From Clostridia bacterium (GTDB taxonomy: Bacteria > Bacillota > Clostridia > UMGS1810): DNA of 64,000 nt. Below the pieces are notes generated by a model, which was given only the letters and a program-made list of their open reading frames with translations, was not told where the DNA came from and made no database searches. The stretch is taken from assembly GCA_045536915.1 (NCBI GenBank), contig JAZSOL010000041.1:14122-78121 (forward strand). Direction: 5' to 3'. Below are positions 19,723 through 31,316 of this stretch, in pieces. Within the stretch, counting starts at the first letter, position 1. Each line of letters opens with the position of its first letter. Both the position numbers and the translations under genes were made by a program.

Positions 19723-20304
19723 TTAACTTTCGGCAGATTCCATAAAGTAAGTGGCTTCCATATCGGATGTTGAAAGAGCAAATGCAAGAGGATACATCTC
19801 AAATGCATTGCCAACAAGTAATTTATCTTCATTACCTGAAAAACCCATGTGAAAGCGAATCGCAAAAGCTTCCTCACGAGTAAGTCTCATATAACCCGAA
19901 ATAATATATACTGATTTTTCTCCGTGTCCGTATGGGAGTTTATCATCATATGAAAATGTTGGAACCTGACGCCATACGCCGTTTTCATCTTTAACGTTTC
20001 TCGTTGATGGTTTATATGTGTTGATTTTACAGATATCGTGAAGTAACGATACTATAGCAATGCTCTCATTGGAAGCAATAAGGCCATATTGGTTTTTTAC
20101 CCGTTCTCTTTCCATATAATCAACCATACATTCATACACGTTAATGCTATGCCGGCAAAGACCGCCTGTGTAGCTTGAATGAAAACGTGCACTTGCAGGT
20201 GCAGTAAAGAAATCACAACCGTCACATAAATATGCCAAAAGCTTATCTGCACCATCACGCTTGATATTTTCGTTGTATATTTCGATAAAACGTTCTTTAC
20301 TCAT
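19723..20304 (-). CDS. HD-domain phosphohydrolase family protein
   Basis: H...HD metal-binding pattern is present (RFHSSYTGGLCRHS ... SLLHDICK). Confidence 0.65.
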   Translation of the reverse strand: MSKERFIEIYNENIKRDGADKLLAYLCDGCDFFTAPASARFHSSYTGGLCRHSINVYECMVDYMERERVKNQYGLIASNESIAIVSLLHDICKINTYKPSTRNVKDENGVWRQVPTFSYDDKLPYGHGEKSVYIISGYMRLTREEAFAIRFHMGFSGNEDKLLVGNAFEMYPLAFALSTSDMEATYFMESAES

Positions 20305-20331
20305 ATTAATTTTTCACCCCAAAAACAAACA

Positions 20332-22173
20332 TTAAGCTTCTTCAAAATCACCTTCGGATACATCAGAACCGTTATATATTTTTTCAAACTCATCTCCGGA
20401 AATAGTTTCTTTTTCCATAAGTGCATTAGCAACACGAGTTAATTTATCCATGTTTTCTTCTAAAAGCTTCAGGCAACGTTCATATTGAGTCTGGATTATA
20501 TTGTGAACCTCACTGTCTATTTTAGAAGAAACCGATTCGCTTAGATTTTTTGATTGAACAAAATCTCTTCCTATAAAGACTTCGTCATTATCGCTTCCGT
20601 AGAATATGGGTCCGAGCGAATCACTCATACCATATTTCGTAACCATTTGTCTTGCGGCTTTTGATGCTCTTTCAATATCATTTGATGCGCCTGTGCTGAT
20701 ATCATCCAAGGTTAATTTTTCAGCCGCTCTTCCACCCAGGAGAACAGTGATATCATTCAAAATCTCGCCTTTCGTTTCGTAGCTTCTGTCTTCAAGAGGA
20801 AGATGCATCGTATATCCACCGCTTCTACCACGTGGAATTATGGAAATCTGATGCACCGGATCCATGGATGGCAAGAGCTTTGTTATAACTGCATGACCCG
20901 CTTCATGAAATGCTGTTAATCTTTTTTCTTTGTCGTTCATAATGCGCGTTCTTTTTTCAGTTCCGACAACAACTTTAATCATAGCATTCTGAATTTCTTC
21001 CATTCCAATTGTCCGCAAATTATATCTGGCAGCTAAAAGTGCCGCTTCGTTTAAAAGGTTTGCGAGATCTGCACCTGTGAATCCTGCTGTTGTTTTTGCA
21101 ACCACAGCTAAATCCACGGATGGATCAAGAACTTTATTTTTGGCGTGTACTTTCAGGATTTCCTCTCTGCCCTTCATATCAGGTGCATCAACAACCACTT
21201 GTCTGTCAAATCTGCCCGGTCTGAGAAGGGCACGGTCTAATATGTCAGGTCTGTTTATTGCGGCTATAACTATAACACCTTGATTCACACCAAATCCGTC
21301 CATTTCAACAAGTAGCTGATTAAGGGTTTGTTCGCGTTCGTCATGGCCTCCGCCGAGTCCCGCACCGCGTTGTCTTCCAACAGCATCTATTTCATCTATA
21401 AATATAATGCTCGGTGCTGATTTTTTTGCCTGTTCAAATAAATCTCTTACTCTTGAAGCACCAACACCAACAAACATCTCAACAAAATCCGAACCGCTTA
21501 TTGAGAAAAAGGGTACTCCGGCTTCGCCTGCAACAGCTTTGGCAAGAAGAGTTTTTCCTGTTCCCGGAGGTCCCACCAACAACATTCCGCGCGGTATCTT
21601 TGCTCCGAGAGAATTGAATTTTTCCGGAGATTTAAGGAATTCCACAACTTCTTCAAGCTCGGCTTTTTCAGCATCAGCTCCTGCCACATCATTGAATGTA
21701 ATACCGTTTTTTTCAGCCACATGCATTTTGGCTCTGCTTTTGCCGAAATTCATTGTTCCCTTACCTGAACCGCCGGCTTGTCTGAACATAATTATCCAAA
21801 ATCCTATCATAATTACTATCATAATAACAGTTGGTAACATTGAAATCCACCATGGATAATTACTTGGTTCGGGTGTGTTGAACACAAGTGTGTTATCATT
21901 TGTTTGCTTTTCAATTTGCTCTCCGGCGTGTTCATATAACATAGAAAGCGCAGGAAGATAACACGACATAGTTTCATCTGTTCCGTTAGCTTTGACATAT
22001 ATTTTGTTATCGCTGTATGTCATTTCGTTAACACTACCGCTGTTTAAAAGTGTTACAAGTTCTGAAAATTTTATTTCTTTAATTGTTGTTTGCGGATTCA
22101 TGATCTGATAGCTGATAAACAACACAGCGAGCAAAACAATCCAGAATCCAAATCTTTTGAGAAAATTACGCAA
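20332..22173 (-). CDS. ftsH: ATP-dependent zinc metalloprotease FtsH
   Basis: There are two N-terminal TM segments. The AAA+ motif is [18 protein letters not shown], the SRH region is present, and the zinc motif is HEAGHAV. Confidence 0.95.
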   Translation of the reverse strand: MRNFLKRFGFWIVLLAVLFISYQIMNPQTTIKEIKFSELVTLLNSGSVNEMTYSDNKIYVKANGTDETMSCYLPALSMLYEHAGEQIEKQTNDNTLVFNTPEPSNYPWWISMLPTVIMIVIMIGFWIIMFRQAGGSGKGTMNFGKSRAKMHVAEKNGITFNDVAGADAEKAELEEVVEFLKSPEKFNSLGAKIPRGMLLVGPPGTGKTLLAKAVAGEAGVPFFSISGSDFVEMFVGVGASRVRDLFEQAKKSAPSIIFIDEIDAVGRQRGAGLGGGHDEREQTLNQLLVEMDGFGVNQGVIVIAAINRPDILDRALLRPGRFDRQVVVDAPDMKGREEILKVHAKNKVLDPSVDLAVVAKTTAGFTGADLANLLNEAALLAARYNLRTIGMEEIQNAMIKVVVGTEKRTRIMNDKEKRLTAFHEAGHAVITKLLPSMDPVHQISIIPRGRSGGYTMHLPLEDRSYETKGEILNDITVLLGGRAAEKLTLDDISTGASNDIERASKAARQMVTKYGMSDSLGPIFYGSDNDEVFIGRDFVQSKNLSESVSSKIDSEVHNIIQTQYERCLKLLEENMDKLTRVANALMEKETISGDEFEKIYNGSDVSEGDFEEA

Positions 22174-22192
22174 GAGAAAACCTCCTAATATT

Positions 22193-22735
22193 TTATGAAT
22201 ATATTTCTTCCTTCAATATACCGATGTAAGGAAGATTTCTGTATTTTTGAGCATAATCAAGACCATATCCGACAATAAAATGGTTTTCATCCAATACAAA
22301 GCCGACATAATCTGCCTTTACGTTCGCAAGACGTCTTGCGGGTTTGTCGATAAAGGTTGCAATTTTAACTGATAAAGGCTCGTATTTTGCGAGATACCCA
22401 AGTAAGTTGGAAAGAGTGTATCCGGTGTCGAGTATGTCTTCAATAATAATTACGTTTTTGTTTTTAATATCGAGACTCAAATCCTTTTTCACAACAAAGG
22501 TTCCCGAACTTTTTGTGTCGTTACCGTAAGTTGAAACTTGCATAAAATCTATATAGCAGTCAAGCTTTACAGACTTAATCAGGTCTGAAGCAAACATAAA
22601 TGCTCCGTTTAAAATTGCAACAAAAACAACATCTTTTCCATTATAGTCATTTGTGATTTGCGAACCTAACTCGCAAACTTTTTTTTCGATCATTTCTTTT
22701 GAAAATAGAATTTCTTTGCACATATTTTCACTCAT
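22193..22735 (-). CDS. hpt: Hypoxanthine phosphoribosyltransferase
   Basis: The PRPP-binding motif is VIIIEDILDTGYTL. The tilS-hpt-ftsH order is conserved. Confidence 0.9.
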   Translation of the reverse strand: MSENMCKEILFSKEMIEKKVCELGSQITNDYNGKDVVFVAILNGAFMFASDLIKSVKLDCYIDFMQVSTYGNDTKSSGTFVVKKDLSLDIKNKNVIIIEDILDTGYTLSNLLGYLAKYEPLSVKIATFIDKPARRLANVKADYVGFVLDENHFIVGYGLDYAQKYRNLPYIGILKEEIYS

Positions 22736-24095
22736 TAGTATTTTTCTCCTGTGTTATTTTTAAAATTCGGTTTGTTTTATCTGTTACTTTAAATTTTTCT
22801 GAAATGCGATAGGGGATAACAGCGACAATTTCATCATCAGCACACAATAAAGGTATATTATTGCGCTGAATTGCGGGTATTTTCGTTTCTATCATAAATT
22901 GTTTGATTTTTTTTGAATGATTCATACCAAATGGTGTGAATTTATCGCTTTCTTTCCTGCTTCTCAAAACGAGATTTCGGTTTTTAAGCAAATCCCAATC
23001 TACATACAAGGCGTTATTTTCATATGAAAGCACCTCATCAACAATGCAGCTTTTAATAATGGTTGTTTCGTTAAATTTTATAATCTGTTCTGCAGTGAAA
23101 TCACAGCATTGCTTAATTTGTTCTGTTTTTTTCTGCGAAAAAATAATCTTATCAAACGAAATATATACAGTTATTCCATTTGGCATATTATATTTTTTCC
23201 CCGATTGAAGCTCACCGAGTAAAATATCGATATGACAGCTGTTGACATTGGCACGGTTCCCTTTGCAAATACTAAATGCATCTATAAGTATTCTTTTTTT
23301 TATAGAAGGGTGTTGACTGTCGAAAATGTTTTTATCAATGAAAACTTCGTCGCCGGAGTTTTCAATACATTTAAGTTTTTTTGTGTATTCATTTAAAAAA
23401 TCAATATCACACCTGATATTGTGTGAATTTGTATGTATTGTATTTACCACAGACGGATTAATATTTTCCATCTCTTTGAGTATCAGATGTCTGATTTTGT
23501 TGCGTGTATAGTCCAACGTTGAATTCGTGCTGTCCGTACGGTATTGAATACCTTTCGAATGCAAATATGATTCAATTTCCTGGCGGGTGATGTTAATAAC
23601 AGGACGAATAATGTTGCCGTTGATTTGTTCAATGCCCGACAATCCTTTTAATGAAGCGCCTCTTATCATATTAATAATTACAGTTTCAACACTGTCGTTC
23701 ATATTATGAGCAACGGCAATTTTGTTGAAACCGTGCTTTTCACACAGTAATTTGAAAAAACTGTATCTTTCCTCTCTGCCGCAAGTTTCTTCGGAAATCT
23801 TTCTTTTTGCTGCAATGACGGGAATATCGCAAAACTTTTCGTGAAAATCAATATTCTTTTCACTGCACAAATTCCGGCAAAACTCCTGATCATTATCAGC
23901 TTCAGCACCCCTGATTCCGTGGTTAACATGAGCGCAGGCAATTTCAAAATCCAACACATTCCTGATTGAAGTGAGTGATTCAAGCAAGAAAACTGAATCG
24001 GCACCGCCCGATAAACCCACAAGCACTTTGTCACCCGGAAATATCATTGCTTCAGACAAAATCGTATCATACACTTTTTTTATTACAGGTTCCAC
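22728..24095 (-). CDS. tilS: tRNA(Ile)-lysidine synthase
   Basis: The PP-loop is LVGLSGGADSVFLL, with a C-terminal TilS substrate-binding region. It overlaps hpt by 8 nt. Confidence 0.9.
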   Translation of the reverse strand: MEPVIKKVYDTILSEAMIFPGDKVLVGLSGGADSVFLLESLTSIRNVLDFEIACAHVNHGIRGAEADNDQEFCRNLCSEKNIDFHEKFCDIPVIAAKRKISEETCGREERYSFFKLLCEKHGFNKIAVAHNMNDSVETVIINMIRGASLKGLSGIEQINGNIIRPVINITRQEIESYLHSKGIQYRTDSTNSTLDYTRNKIRHLILKEMENINPSVVNTIHTNSHNIRCDIDFLNEYTKKLKCIENSGDEVFIDKNIFDSQHPSIKKRILIDAFSICKGNRANVNSCHIDILLGELQSGKKYNMPNGITVYISFDKIIFSQKKTEQIKQCCDFTAEQIIKFNETTIIKSCIVDEVLSYENNALYVDWDLLKNRNLVLRSRKESDKFTPFGMNHSKKIKQFMIETKIPAIQRNNIPLLCADDEIVAVIPYRISEKFKVTDKTNRILKITQEKNTNE

Positions 24096-24106
24096 AACAT
24101 CAACTC

Positions 24107-25429
24107 CTAACGATGGGGTTCAAGATTGGTAAAACGCGTATATTCACCGCGCCAACCAAGGTCAACTGTCCCAACGCTTCCGTTTCTGAATTTGGCAATT
24201 ATACATTCAGAAACGCCCTTCTTTTCCGTTGCCGGATTATAGTAATCATCCCTGTATAAAAACATAACCATATCCGCATCCTGCTCGATAGAACCGGAGT
24301 CTCTCAGGTCGCTAAGCTGAGGTCTGTGATCCGGTCTTTGTTCGGGTGCACGGCTGAGCTGCGAGAGACATATAATCGGAACGTTCAACTCTTTAGCCAT
24401 TATTTTCAGAAGTCGGCTGTTTTCAGCAACCTCGTTCTGTCTGCCTTCGCGTCCGTTTCCCTGAATCAACTGCAGATAGTCTATAACAACTAAACCAAGT
24501 TGGTTTTTGAGCTTTAGTCTTCTGCATTTGGCTTTGATTTCGGTAACGGTTATACCTGCGGTATCGTCAATATATATAGGCGCCTGAGAAAGTTTGTTTA
24601 TTGCAGAAGCAAGCTTTGCAATATCTTCCGGATTAACATCTGCAATACGCATTTTTTCATTTGAAATGTAGGCTTCAGAACATAAAATTCTGTTTGTGAG
24701 CTGTTCTTTACTCATTTCAAGGCTGAATATGGCAACGGGAACATTTGCATTAAGTGCGGCATTGGTAGCTATGTTAAGAGCAAAACTTGTTTTACCCATA
24801 GCAGGTCTTGCGGCCAGCAAAACGAGATCGGAGGGTTGAAATCCGGTTGTTTTTATATCCAGAACCTTGAATCCGCTGGGAACACCGGTTATCTTTTCTT
24901 TTTTCTGAACCATTTCCTCGAGCTGAGCAAGATTATTTGCAAGCACTTGTTTTATATGTGTAAGCTCGGTGCTTGTTTTGTTTTGAAGTATATCATAAAT
25001 CTTGCTTTCGGCTGTGCTTAATATTACGGAAATGTCGTCGGATTGTTCATAACTCACAGAAACAATATCGTTTCCTGCATTTATGAGTTTACGCAACACG
25101 GCTTTGTCTTTAATAATTTTAATGTGGTATTTGAGATTTGAAGTTGTTGATACCATCAGACGAATTTTCGTGAGATATTCAATTCCGCCAATCGTGTCAA
25201 AGTTTTGACCGAGTTGGCTTTTCAGTGTTGCAAAATCAACAGGTTCAGCACGATTTGATATAGCAAGCATTGCTTCAAATATTATTTTATGTTGTTCAAG
25301 GTAAAATTCGTCGATTTTAAGTGCACTCATAATATCCGACATACAGTTATTATCGAATATAACAGCTCCAAGAACATATTGTTCAGCTTCGACATTGCAG
25401 GGCATACTTCTGATTACATCAGCAGCCAT
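24107..25429 (-). CDS. dnaB: Replicative DNA helicase (DnaB family)
   Basis: The N-terminal motif is PCNVEAEQYVLGAVI, Walker A is AARPAMGKTSFALN, and the DnaB signature is SLEMS..QL; the product is 440 aa. Confidence 0.95.
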   Translation of the reverse strand: MAADVIRSMPCNVEAEQYVLGAVIFDNNCMSDIMSALKIDEFYLEQHKIIFEAMLAISNRAEPVDFATLKSQLGQNFDTIGGIEYLTKIRLMVSTTSNLKYHIKIIKDKAVLRKLINAGNDIVSVSYEQSDDISVILSTAESKIYDILQNKTSTELTHIKQVLANNLAQLEEMVQKKEKITGVPSGFKVLDIKTTGFQPSDLVLLAARPAMGKTSFALNIATNAALNANVPVAIFSLEMSKEQLTNRILCSEAYISNEKMRIADVNPEDIAKLASAINKLSQAPIYIDDTAGITVTEIKAKCRRLKLKNQLGLVVIDYLQLIQGNGREGRQNEVAENSRLLKIMAKELNVPIICLSQLSRAPEQRPDHRPQLSDLRDSGSIEQDADMVMFLYRDDYYNPATEKKGVSECIIAKFRNGSVGTVDLGWRGEYTRFTNLEPHR

Positions 25430-25443
25430 TTTACATTCTCCTT

Positions 25444-25890
25444 TTATTCACTAATTACTTCTACACTGAGTTTTCCGGTTATTTCAGGATAAAGTTTCAC
25501 ATCTATACTGTATTTGCCTGTTGTTTTAATTCCGTCGGGCAAAACAATTTTTTTCTTGTCAATCTGTATTTGGAAATCCGACTTTAATTTATCGGAAATT
25601 TCCTTGCTTGTTATGGAACCAAACAATTTGCCGTTGCTTCCTGTTTTCACACTCATTTTAAGTGTGATTCCGGAAAGTTTATTCTTCATTGCTTCAGCTT
25701 CTTTGATTTCCTGCTGTTTTTTATATTGTTCTGATTCTTTTTTTCCTTTAAAATCGTTAAGATTTGCATTTGTTGCTTCAATAGCATATCCCTTTGGTAT
25801 AACAAAGTTTTTAGCATATCCGTCACTGATGTTTTTTACTTCACCAACCTTGCCCTGACCTTTGAGATCTTTCACAAAAATTACTTTCAT
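25444..25890 (-). CDS. rplI: 50S ribosomal protein L9
   Basis: The sequence [36 protein letters not shown] is present. The gdpP-rplI-dnaB order is conserved. Confidence 0.95.
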   Translation of the reverse strand: MKVIFVKDLKGQGKVGEVKNISDGYAKNFVIPKGYAIEATNANLNDFKGKKESEQYKKQQEIKEAEAMKNKLSGITLKMSVKTGSNGKLFGSITSKEISDKLKSDFQIQIDKKKIVLPDGIKTTGKYSIDVKLYPEITGKLSVEVISE

Positions 25891-25907
25891 TATTACTTCC
25901 TCCTGTT

Positions 25908-27890
25908 TTACTGTAGATATTCATCCAACACGCTTTTTAATTCTTCTGTAACTTCGCTGATAGTTTTGCCCGTTATCTGAGCTCCGGCAATTGTCATATG
26001 TCCTCCGCCACCGAGTTTTTCGGTAATAACCTGAACATTTATATCGCCGAATGAACGTGCGCTGATTATTATTTTATCAGACATATCGCATATAACAAAC
26101 GACGATGAAATATTCGTGATATTCAACATTTCATCAGCCGCCTGAGCAACAATTGTTTGCATATCGACGTCGTTTTTTTCGCACGTTGCAATTGCAACTT
26201 TATTTCTGTAGGTGGATGCTTTTTCGATAATTGCCCATTTTTTAATAAAAGTATTGAGGTCAATCTGAAAAAGTTTTTTCACCTCAATTGTATCAACACC
26301 CATTCTTTTTAAATACGAAGCAGCTTCGAATGTGCGTACACCTGTTTTGAATGTGAAATTCTTTGTATCCATAAATATTCCGGCATACAAAGCTTCGGCT
26401 TCGGCTCTTTCGAGTTTGATATCATCTCCGTATTGAAGCATTTCGGTAATCAGTTCACTTGCCGAAGATGCATATGGTTCATGATAGGTGATAAGGGTGT
26501 TTTGTATGAAATCTGCACTTTTTCTGTGATGATCTATCACAATTATGTTTTTTGAAACATCAATAAGTGCCGGTTCTTCCACAATCGAGGATTTATGCGT
26601 ATCAACTATGAATATAAGAGTGTTTGGTGATACAATTTCGTTAGCATAAGCTTTATTTATAAAAACATCGTTGTATTTATCATGGTACTTCACAACAAAC
26701 CTTTCAACAGTCTGGTTGTAGGTATCGAGAAGGATTTTAGCATTTTTGCCAAGCGAACGAATAAATGCATGCAATCCGAGGGCTGAGCCCAAAACGTCAA
26801 CATCTGCATAACGATGTCCCATTATTATGATTTGCTCTGAGTCGGCAATCATTTCCTTTATCGCCTGGGAAACAACCCTTGCTTTAACTCTGGTTCGTTT
26901 TTCAACTTCTTTTGTTTTTCCACCGTAGAAACTGAATTTGTCGCTATCCTTGATAACAATCTGATCGCCGCCTCTTCCAAGCGCCATATCAAGAGCCGAA
27001 TACGCATATGAATCATTTTGCTGAAAATCTGCGCCGCCTATTCCGATGCCGATACTCAAAGTGGGTGCAACTTTATTTCCGGCAGAGAGCGCTCTCATCT
27101 TCTCGGTGAACGAAAAGTTATCCTCAATCTGTTTGTCGAGATGGGCTTTTTGAATGTAAAGTAAAAATTTGTCTTTTTCATATTTTTTTAAAATCCCGCA
27201 AGTTGAGTCGGCAAGTGTGTCGAGCGTTTCTTCAATAAATGCTGTGAGACGCGGTTTGTCGGGGTTAGGTGTACTTTGCATTACTTCATCGTAATTATCC
27301 ACAACAATAACACAGCTCACAAAACTTTCGGCATTGTATTTGTTTTTCAGGTTTATATATTCGGTTGCATCCTGCCAGTAAAGAACGAAATAGTATTCAT
27401 CGTCTCCGCTGTTGCATTTTATCAGGTTTCCGTAAATCTTATAAACTTTATTGTTGTGTTGAATTGTATATGTGAATTCATCTTTATCAAGATTATTATT
27501 CAGGATTTTATTTATATCAAAATCACGGATATAATCAGACAACGGCAGTTTGTGAATAGGATTAATGCATATTTCGGCAAATTTAAAATTATACCATTCA
27601 ATAATTCCGTCCTGGTTTATAATTGAAACAGGTATATAGAAGTCGTAAAGTGTTTTGAATTTATTTTTATCGAGAGTCACATTCATGCTTTTTATATATT
27701 TATTGAGGCTGTTCAGGCGTTTGTGTCTGAATATAAAATGCCACACAGTAAATATTATAAAGACTGCTAATTGAATAATAGCTGTTTTGGTATCAAAAAG
27801 AAAAGTTACACACGAAAAAACAAATAACATCCATAAAAAATAAACTGCATTGGATGATAATGTTTTCAACAACATTATAATATTTTTCAT
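25908..27890 (-). CDS. gdpP: Cyclic-di-AMP phosphodiesterase GdpP (DHH/DHHA1 family with TM, PAS-like and degenerate GGDEF regions)
   Basis: Two N-terminal TM helices are followed by DHH motifs ([24 protein letters not shown]) and a DHHA1 GGGH motif. ATG 27890 lies 8 nt after GGGAGGG; the ORF is open to 27917. Confidence 0.85.
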   Translation of the reverse strand: MKNIIMLLKTLSSNAVYFLWMLFVFSCVTFLFDTKTAIIQLAVFIIFTVWHFIFRHKRLNSLNKYIKSMNVTLDKNKFKTLYDFYIPVSIINQDGIIEWYNFKFAEICINPIHKLPLSDYIRDFDINKILNNNLDKDEFTYTIQHNNKVYKIYGNLIKCNSGDDEYYFVLYWQDATEYINLKNKYNAESFVSCVIVVDNYDEVMQSTPNPDKPRLTAFIEETLDTLADSTCGILKKYEKDKFLLYIQKAHLDKQIEDNFSFTEKMRALSAGNKVAPTLSIGIGIGGADFQQNDSYAYSALDMALGRGGDQIVIKDSDKFSFYGGKTKEVEKRTRVKARVVSQAIKEMIADSEQIIIMGHRYADVDVLGSALGLHAFIRSLGKNAKILLDTYNQTVERFVVKYHDKYNDVFINKAYANEIVSPNTLIFIVDTHKSSIVEEPALIDVSKNIIVIDHHRKSADFIQNTLITYHEPYASSASELITEMLQYGDDIKLERAEAEALYAGIFMDTKNFTFKTGVRTFEAASYLKRMGVDTIEVKKLFQIDLNTFIKKWAIIEKASTYRNKVAIATCEKNDVDMQTIVAQAADEMLNITNISSSFVICDMSDKIIISARSFGDINVQVITEKLGGGGHMTIAGAQITGKTISEVTEELKSVLDEYLQ

Positions 27891-28012
27891 ACAATTAACC
27901 CTCCCGTCTGATGGCAATGATATATTAATTAATTATATCACTTTCCAAAACAATTTACAAGGTTTATATTATATTTTTCTTAACAAATTTTTGTGATATA
28001 TATACTTTGGTA

Positions 28013-28041
28013 TTGACATTCATGATAATCTGATATACAAT
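28013..28041 (+). promoter_or_regulatory. Sigma-A type promoter upstream of the TIM-barrel isomerase gene
   Basis: TTGACA is followed by a 17-nt spacer and TACAAT. Confidence 0.55.
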
Positions 28042-28089
28042 TGATTTGTAAAAATATATACTAATTAATTATATATTCAGGAGGTAACA

Positions 28090-29055
28090 ATGAAATTATC
28101 AGTATTTTCACCTGTTTTCAACGGTTCTTCGCTTGAAGATGCATTAAAAAAATTGCATGAACAAGGAGTTCAGGCTATCGAACTTGGTGCTGGTGGTTTT
28201 CCGGGTACCGATCATCTCGATCCCGACAAATTGATTAATAACGAGAGTGAAATCAATAAAGTTAAGGATTTGCTTGCAAAATATGAAATTGAAATAAGTG
28301 CATTGAGTTGTCACGGAAACGCCGTTCATCCAAACGAGGAAATCGCCGCAAAATTCCATTCGGACTTTGAAAAAACCTGCATTTTGGCCGAGCAGCTTGG
28401 CATCAAGACGATTATCACTTTTTCCGGTTGTCCCGGAGGTTCGCCAGAAGATAAAACGCCGAATTGGGTAACTTGCCCCTGGCCTGATGATTTCACGGAA
28501 ATTCTCGAATATCAGTGGAATGAGGTGCTCATTCCTTATTGGAAAAAGGCTTCTGAATTTGCAAAAGCACACGGAATAGAGAAGATTGCATTTGAAATGC
28601 ATCCAGGATTTTGCGTTTACAATCCTGAAACAATGCTCAGAATCAGAAGCGAAGTAGGTGAGATCCTTGGTGCAAACTTTGACCCGAGTCACTTATTCTG
28701 GCAGGGCATAGATCCCGTATATGCTATAAGAAAATTAGGTTCTGCAATCTATCATTTCCACGCAAAAGACACCAAGATTGATGATATCAACACCAAAACA
28801 AACGGTGTGCTCGACACCAAACACTATGGCGATGAAATCAACCGTTCATGGATTTTCCGTTCTGTTGGTTACGGACATGATTATCAGTGCTGGAAAGATA
28901 TGATGAGTGCTCTCAGAATGGTTGGATATGACGGTGCAATAAGCATTGAACACGAAGACAGCCTTATGACTCCTATGGAAGGACTTGGAAAAGCTATCAC
29001 TTTCCTTAAAGAAGTTATTATGTATGAATCAAAAGGTGAAATGTGGTGGGCATAA
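28090..29055 (+). CDS. Sugar phosphate isomerase/epimerase (xylose-isomerase-like TIM barrel) family protein
   Basis: The AP-endonuclease-2 / xylose-isomerase-like barrel pattern is present (IELGAGGFPG, IAFEMHPG, NFDPSHLFWQG, HAKD, ISIEHED). Confidence 0.75.
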   Translation: MKLSVFSPVFNGSSLEDALKKLHEQGVQAIELGAGGFPGTDHLDPDKLINNESEINKVKDLLAKYEIEISALSCHGNAVHPNEEIAAKFHSDFEKTCILAEQLGIKTIITFSGCPGGSPEDKTPNWVTCPWPDDFTEILEYQWNEVLIPYWKKASEFAKAHGIEKIAFEMHPGFCVYNPETMLRIRSEVGEILGANFDPSHLFWQGIDPVYAIRKLGSAIYHFHAKDTKIDDINTKTNGVLDTKHYGDEINRSWIFRSVGYGHDYQCWKDMMSALRMVGYDGAISIEHEDSLMTPMEGLGKAITFLKEVIMYESKGEMWWA

Positions 29056-29114
29056 AATAAATTTCGTTGAATAATATTGTTTGTTTGGTAAACAATATTA
29101 ACGGAGATGATTTT

Positions 29115-29315
29115 ATGTTAGATAAATTAATTTTATGTCTTCCGATTATAGGTGCAATCAACTGGGGTCTTGTTGGTATATTCGACCTTGACCTTGTTGC
29201 ATTAATTTTCGGAAACATGAGTCTCTTGTCGAGAATACTCTACACACTAATTGGATTGGCAGGAGTCTGGTCGGTAACACTTCTATTTAAAAGATTTGTA
29301 TCGCAAACAGAGTAA
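29115..29315 (+). CDS. DUF378-family small membrane protein
   Basis: IGAINWGLVGIFDLDLVALIFG is the hallmark DUF378 motif, with two TM helices. The start is ATG 29115 after an acggaga RBS. Confidence 0.75.
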   Translation: MLDKLILCLPIIGAINWGLVGIFDLDLVALIFGNMSLLSRILYTLIGLAGVWSVTLLFKRFVSQTE

Positions 29316-29322
29316 AGCACTA

Positions 29323-29352
29323 AAGCATCTGCATTACGCAGGTGCTTTTTTG
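29323..29352 (+). terminator. Rho-independent terminator
   Basis: Stem agcatctgc / gcaggtgct with loop attac is followed by tttttt. Confidence 0.75.
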
Positions 29353-29399
29353 TTGCATCAGGTATCTGTCTGGATTTATAAAATTATTCAATTTTAATA

Positions 29400-29428
29400 T
29401 TGTCAAAATGATAATTTTATGGTAATAT
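29400..29428 (+). promoter_or_regulatory. Sigma-A type promoter with an extended -10, upstream of lepA
   Basis: TTGTCA is followed by a 17-nt spacer and TGgTAATAT. Confidence 0.55.
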
Positions 29429-29462
29429 ATTATAAAATAATTTTGATAAGTGAGGGTAATTT

Positions 29463-31268
29463 ATGTCTGACAGACAGGATAATATAAGAAATTTCTGCAT
29501 AATAGCGCATATTGACCATGGAAAATTCATATTTGTGGACAGAATGCTTGAAAAAACAGGTGTTCTCACAAAACGCGAAATGCAGGATCAGATACTTGAT
29601 AATATGGATCTCGAACGCGAAAAGGGGATAACAATAAAGGCAAGGGCTGTAAAGCTTGTTTACAAAGCCAAAGATAATAATGAGTATATTTTCAATCTTA
29701 TTGACACCCCGGGGCACGTTGACTTCAACTATGAGGTTTCCAGAAGTCTTGCAGCGTGTGAGGGTGCGGTGCTTGTTGTTGATGCGGCTCAGGGTATTGA
29801 GGCGCAGACTCTTGCAAACACATATCTTGCAGTTGACCATGATCTGGAAATTGTTCCTGTTATAAATAAAATTGATTTACCGAGTGCACGTCCCGATTTT
29901 GTTAAAGCTGAAATAGAAAACGTTATAGGAATTCCGGCAGATGAAGCACCGTTAATTTCCGCAAAACAAGGAATCGGAATCGAGGATGTGCTTGAAGAAA
30001 TTGTTAATCTGGTTCCGGCGCCGAACGGTGATGAAAACGCACCCCTTAAAGCACTTATTTTCGATTCATATTATGATGCATATAAAGGTGTTATTGTTTA
30101 CGTTCGTATTAAAGACGGTGAACTCAAAGCCAACGACACTATCAGATTTATGGCAACCGGAAAAGAATTTTCTGTTGTTGAAGTGGGGTATTTGTCGCCT
30201 CTTGGAACAGTTGTCTCTGATAAACTGTGTGCGGGTGAAGTTGGATATATTGCTGCAAGCATAAAAAATGTTACAGATGCTAGGGTAGGGGACACGGTTA
30301 CCACAACCGAAAATCCGGCTGAAGAACCGTTGCCGGGTTATAAAAAAGTTAATCCCATGGTATTTTGCGGTATATACACTTCCGACGGTTCTAAATTTCC
30401 TGATTTGCGCGAAGCTTTGGAAAAACTTCAGTTAAATGATGCATCACTCACGTTTGAACCTGAAACTTCAATTGCATTGGGCTTTGGTTTCAGATGCGGT
30501 TTCCTCGGGCTTTTGCACATGGAAATAATTCAGGAAAGAATCGAACGTGAATACAACCTTGATATTGTTACAACAGCTCCGAGTGTTATATATAAAATCA
30601 CCAAAACAAATGGTGAAATGTTAAATATAGACAATCCAACAAATTTGCCGCCAACTTCAGAAATTGAGTATATGGAAGAACCTATAGTTGATGCATCTAT
30701 AATGCTTCCGACTGAGTTTGTTGGGAATATTATGGAGCTGTGTCAGGACAGACGGGGAACTTTTAAAAACATGGAGTATATTGATGACACAAGAGTTGTT
30801 CTTCACTATGACCTTCCGCTTAATGAAATTATTTACGATTTCTTTGATGCATTAAAATCACGCACAAAGGGATATGCATCATTCGACTACGATCTTAAAG
30901 GTTACCAAAAATCCGACCTTGTTAAGCTCGATATGCTCTTGAACGGTGATATGGTTGATGCATTATCGTTTATAGTGCATGAATCAAAGGCATACACCAG
31001 AGGCCGCAGAATTGCTGAAAAGCTCAAAGAATCAATCCCGAGGCAGTTGTTTGAAATTCCTATTCAGGCTGCAATTGGCAATAAAATAATTGCCAGAGAA
31101 ACCGTTAAGGCCATGAGAAAGGACGTTTTAGCTAAATGCTACGGGGGAGATATAACAAGAAAGAAAAAACTCCTTGAAAAACAAAAAGAAGGAAAGAAAA
31201 GAATGAGACAAATCGGAACGGTTGAAGTTCCTCAGGAAGCATTTATGTCTGTGCTTAAGCTTGATTAA
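29463..31268 (+). CDS. lepA: Elongation factor 4 (LepA), with an atypical G1/P-loop
   Basis: The product is a 601-aa translational GTPase. G2 (GITIKA), G3 (DTPGHVDF) and G4 (NKIDL) are intact, as is the LepA-specific C-terminal domain. G1 reads [10 protein letters not shown] instead of the canonical AHIDHGKSTL (see findings). Confidence 0.9.
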   Translation: MSDRQDNIRNFCIIAHIDHGKFIFVDRMLEKTGVLTKREMQDQILDNMDLEREKGITIKARAVKLVYKAKDNNEYIFNLIDTPGHVDFNYEVSRSLAACEGAVLVVDAAQGIEAQTLANTYLAVDHDLEIVPVINKIDLPSARPDFVKAEIENVIGIPADEAPLISAKQGIGIEDVLEEIVNLVPAPNGDENAPLKALIFDSYYDAYKGVIVYVRIKDGELKANDTIRFMATGKEFSVVEVGYLSPLGTVVSDKLCAGEVGYIAASIKNVTDARVGDTVTTTENPAEEPLPGYKKVNPMVFCGIYTSDGSKFPDLREALEKLQLNDASLTFEPETSIALGFGFRCGFLGLLHMEIIQERIEREYNLDIVTTAPSVIYKITKTNGEMLNIDNPTNLPPTSEIEYMEEPIVDASIMLPTEFVGNIMELCQDRRGTFKNMEYIDDTRVVLHYDLPLNEIIYDFFDALKSRTKGYASFDYDLKGYQKSDLVKLDMLLNGDMVDALSFIVHESKAYTRGRRIAEKLKESIPRQLFEIPIQAAIGNKIIARETVKAMRKDVLAKCYGGDITRKKKLLEKQKEGKKRMRQIGTVEVPQEAFMSVLKLD

Positions 31269-31273
31269 ACAGT

Positions 31274-31315
31274 AAAGCTGAATTGAACGATTATTACATC
31301 GCGCAATTCAGCTTT
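31274..31315. terminator. Bidirectional terminator hairpin between the convergent lepA and recombinase genes
   Basis: A perfect 12-bp stem aaagctgaattg / caattcagcttt with an 18-nt loop fills the entire intergenic gap. Confidence 0.65.
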
Positions 31316-31316
31316 A

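Noticed and set aside
19342-20304. The convergent GIY-YIG nuclease and HD hydrolase genes as a defence or toxin module.
   Set aside because: They are convergent and separated by a bidirectional terminator, so they are not co-transcribed. Both are small stand-alone housekeeping-type family members (UPF0213-like and HD).
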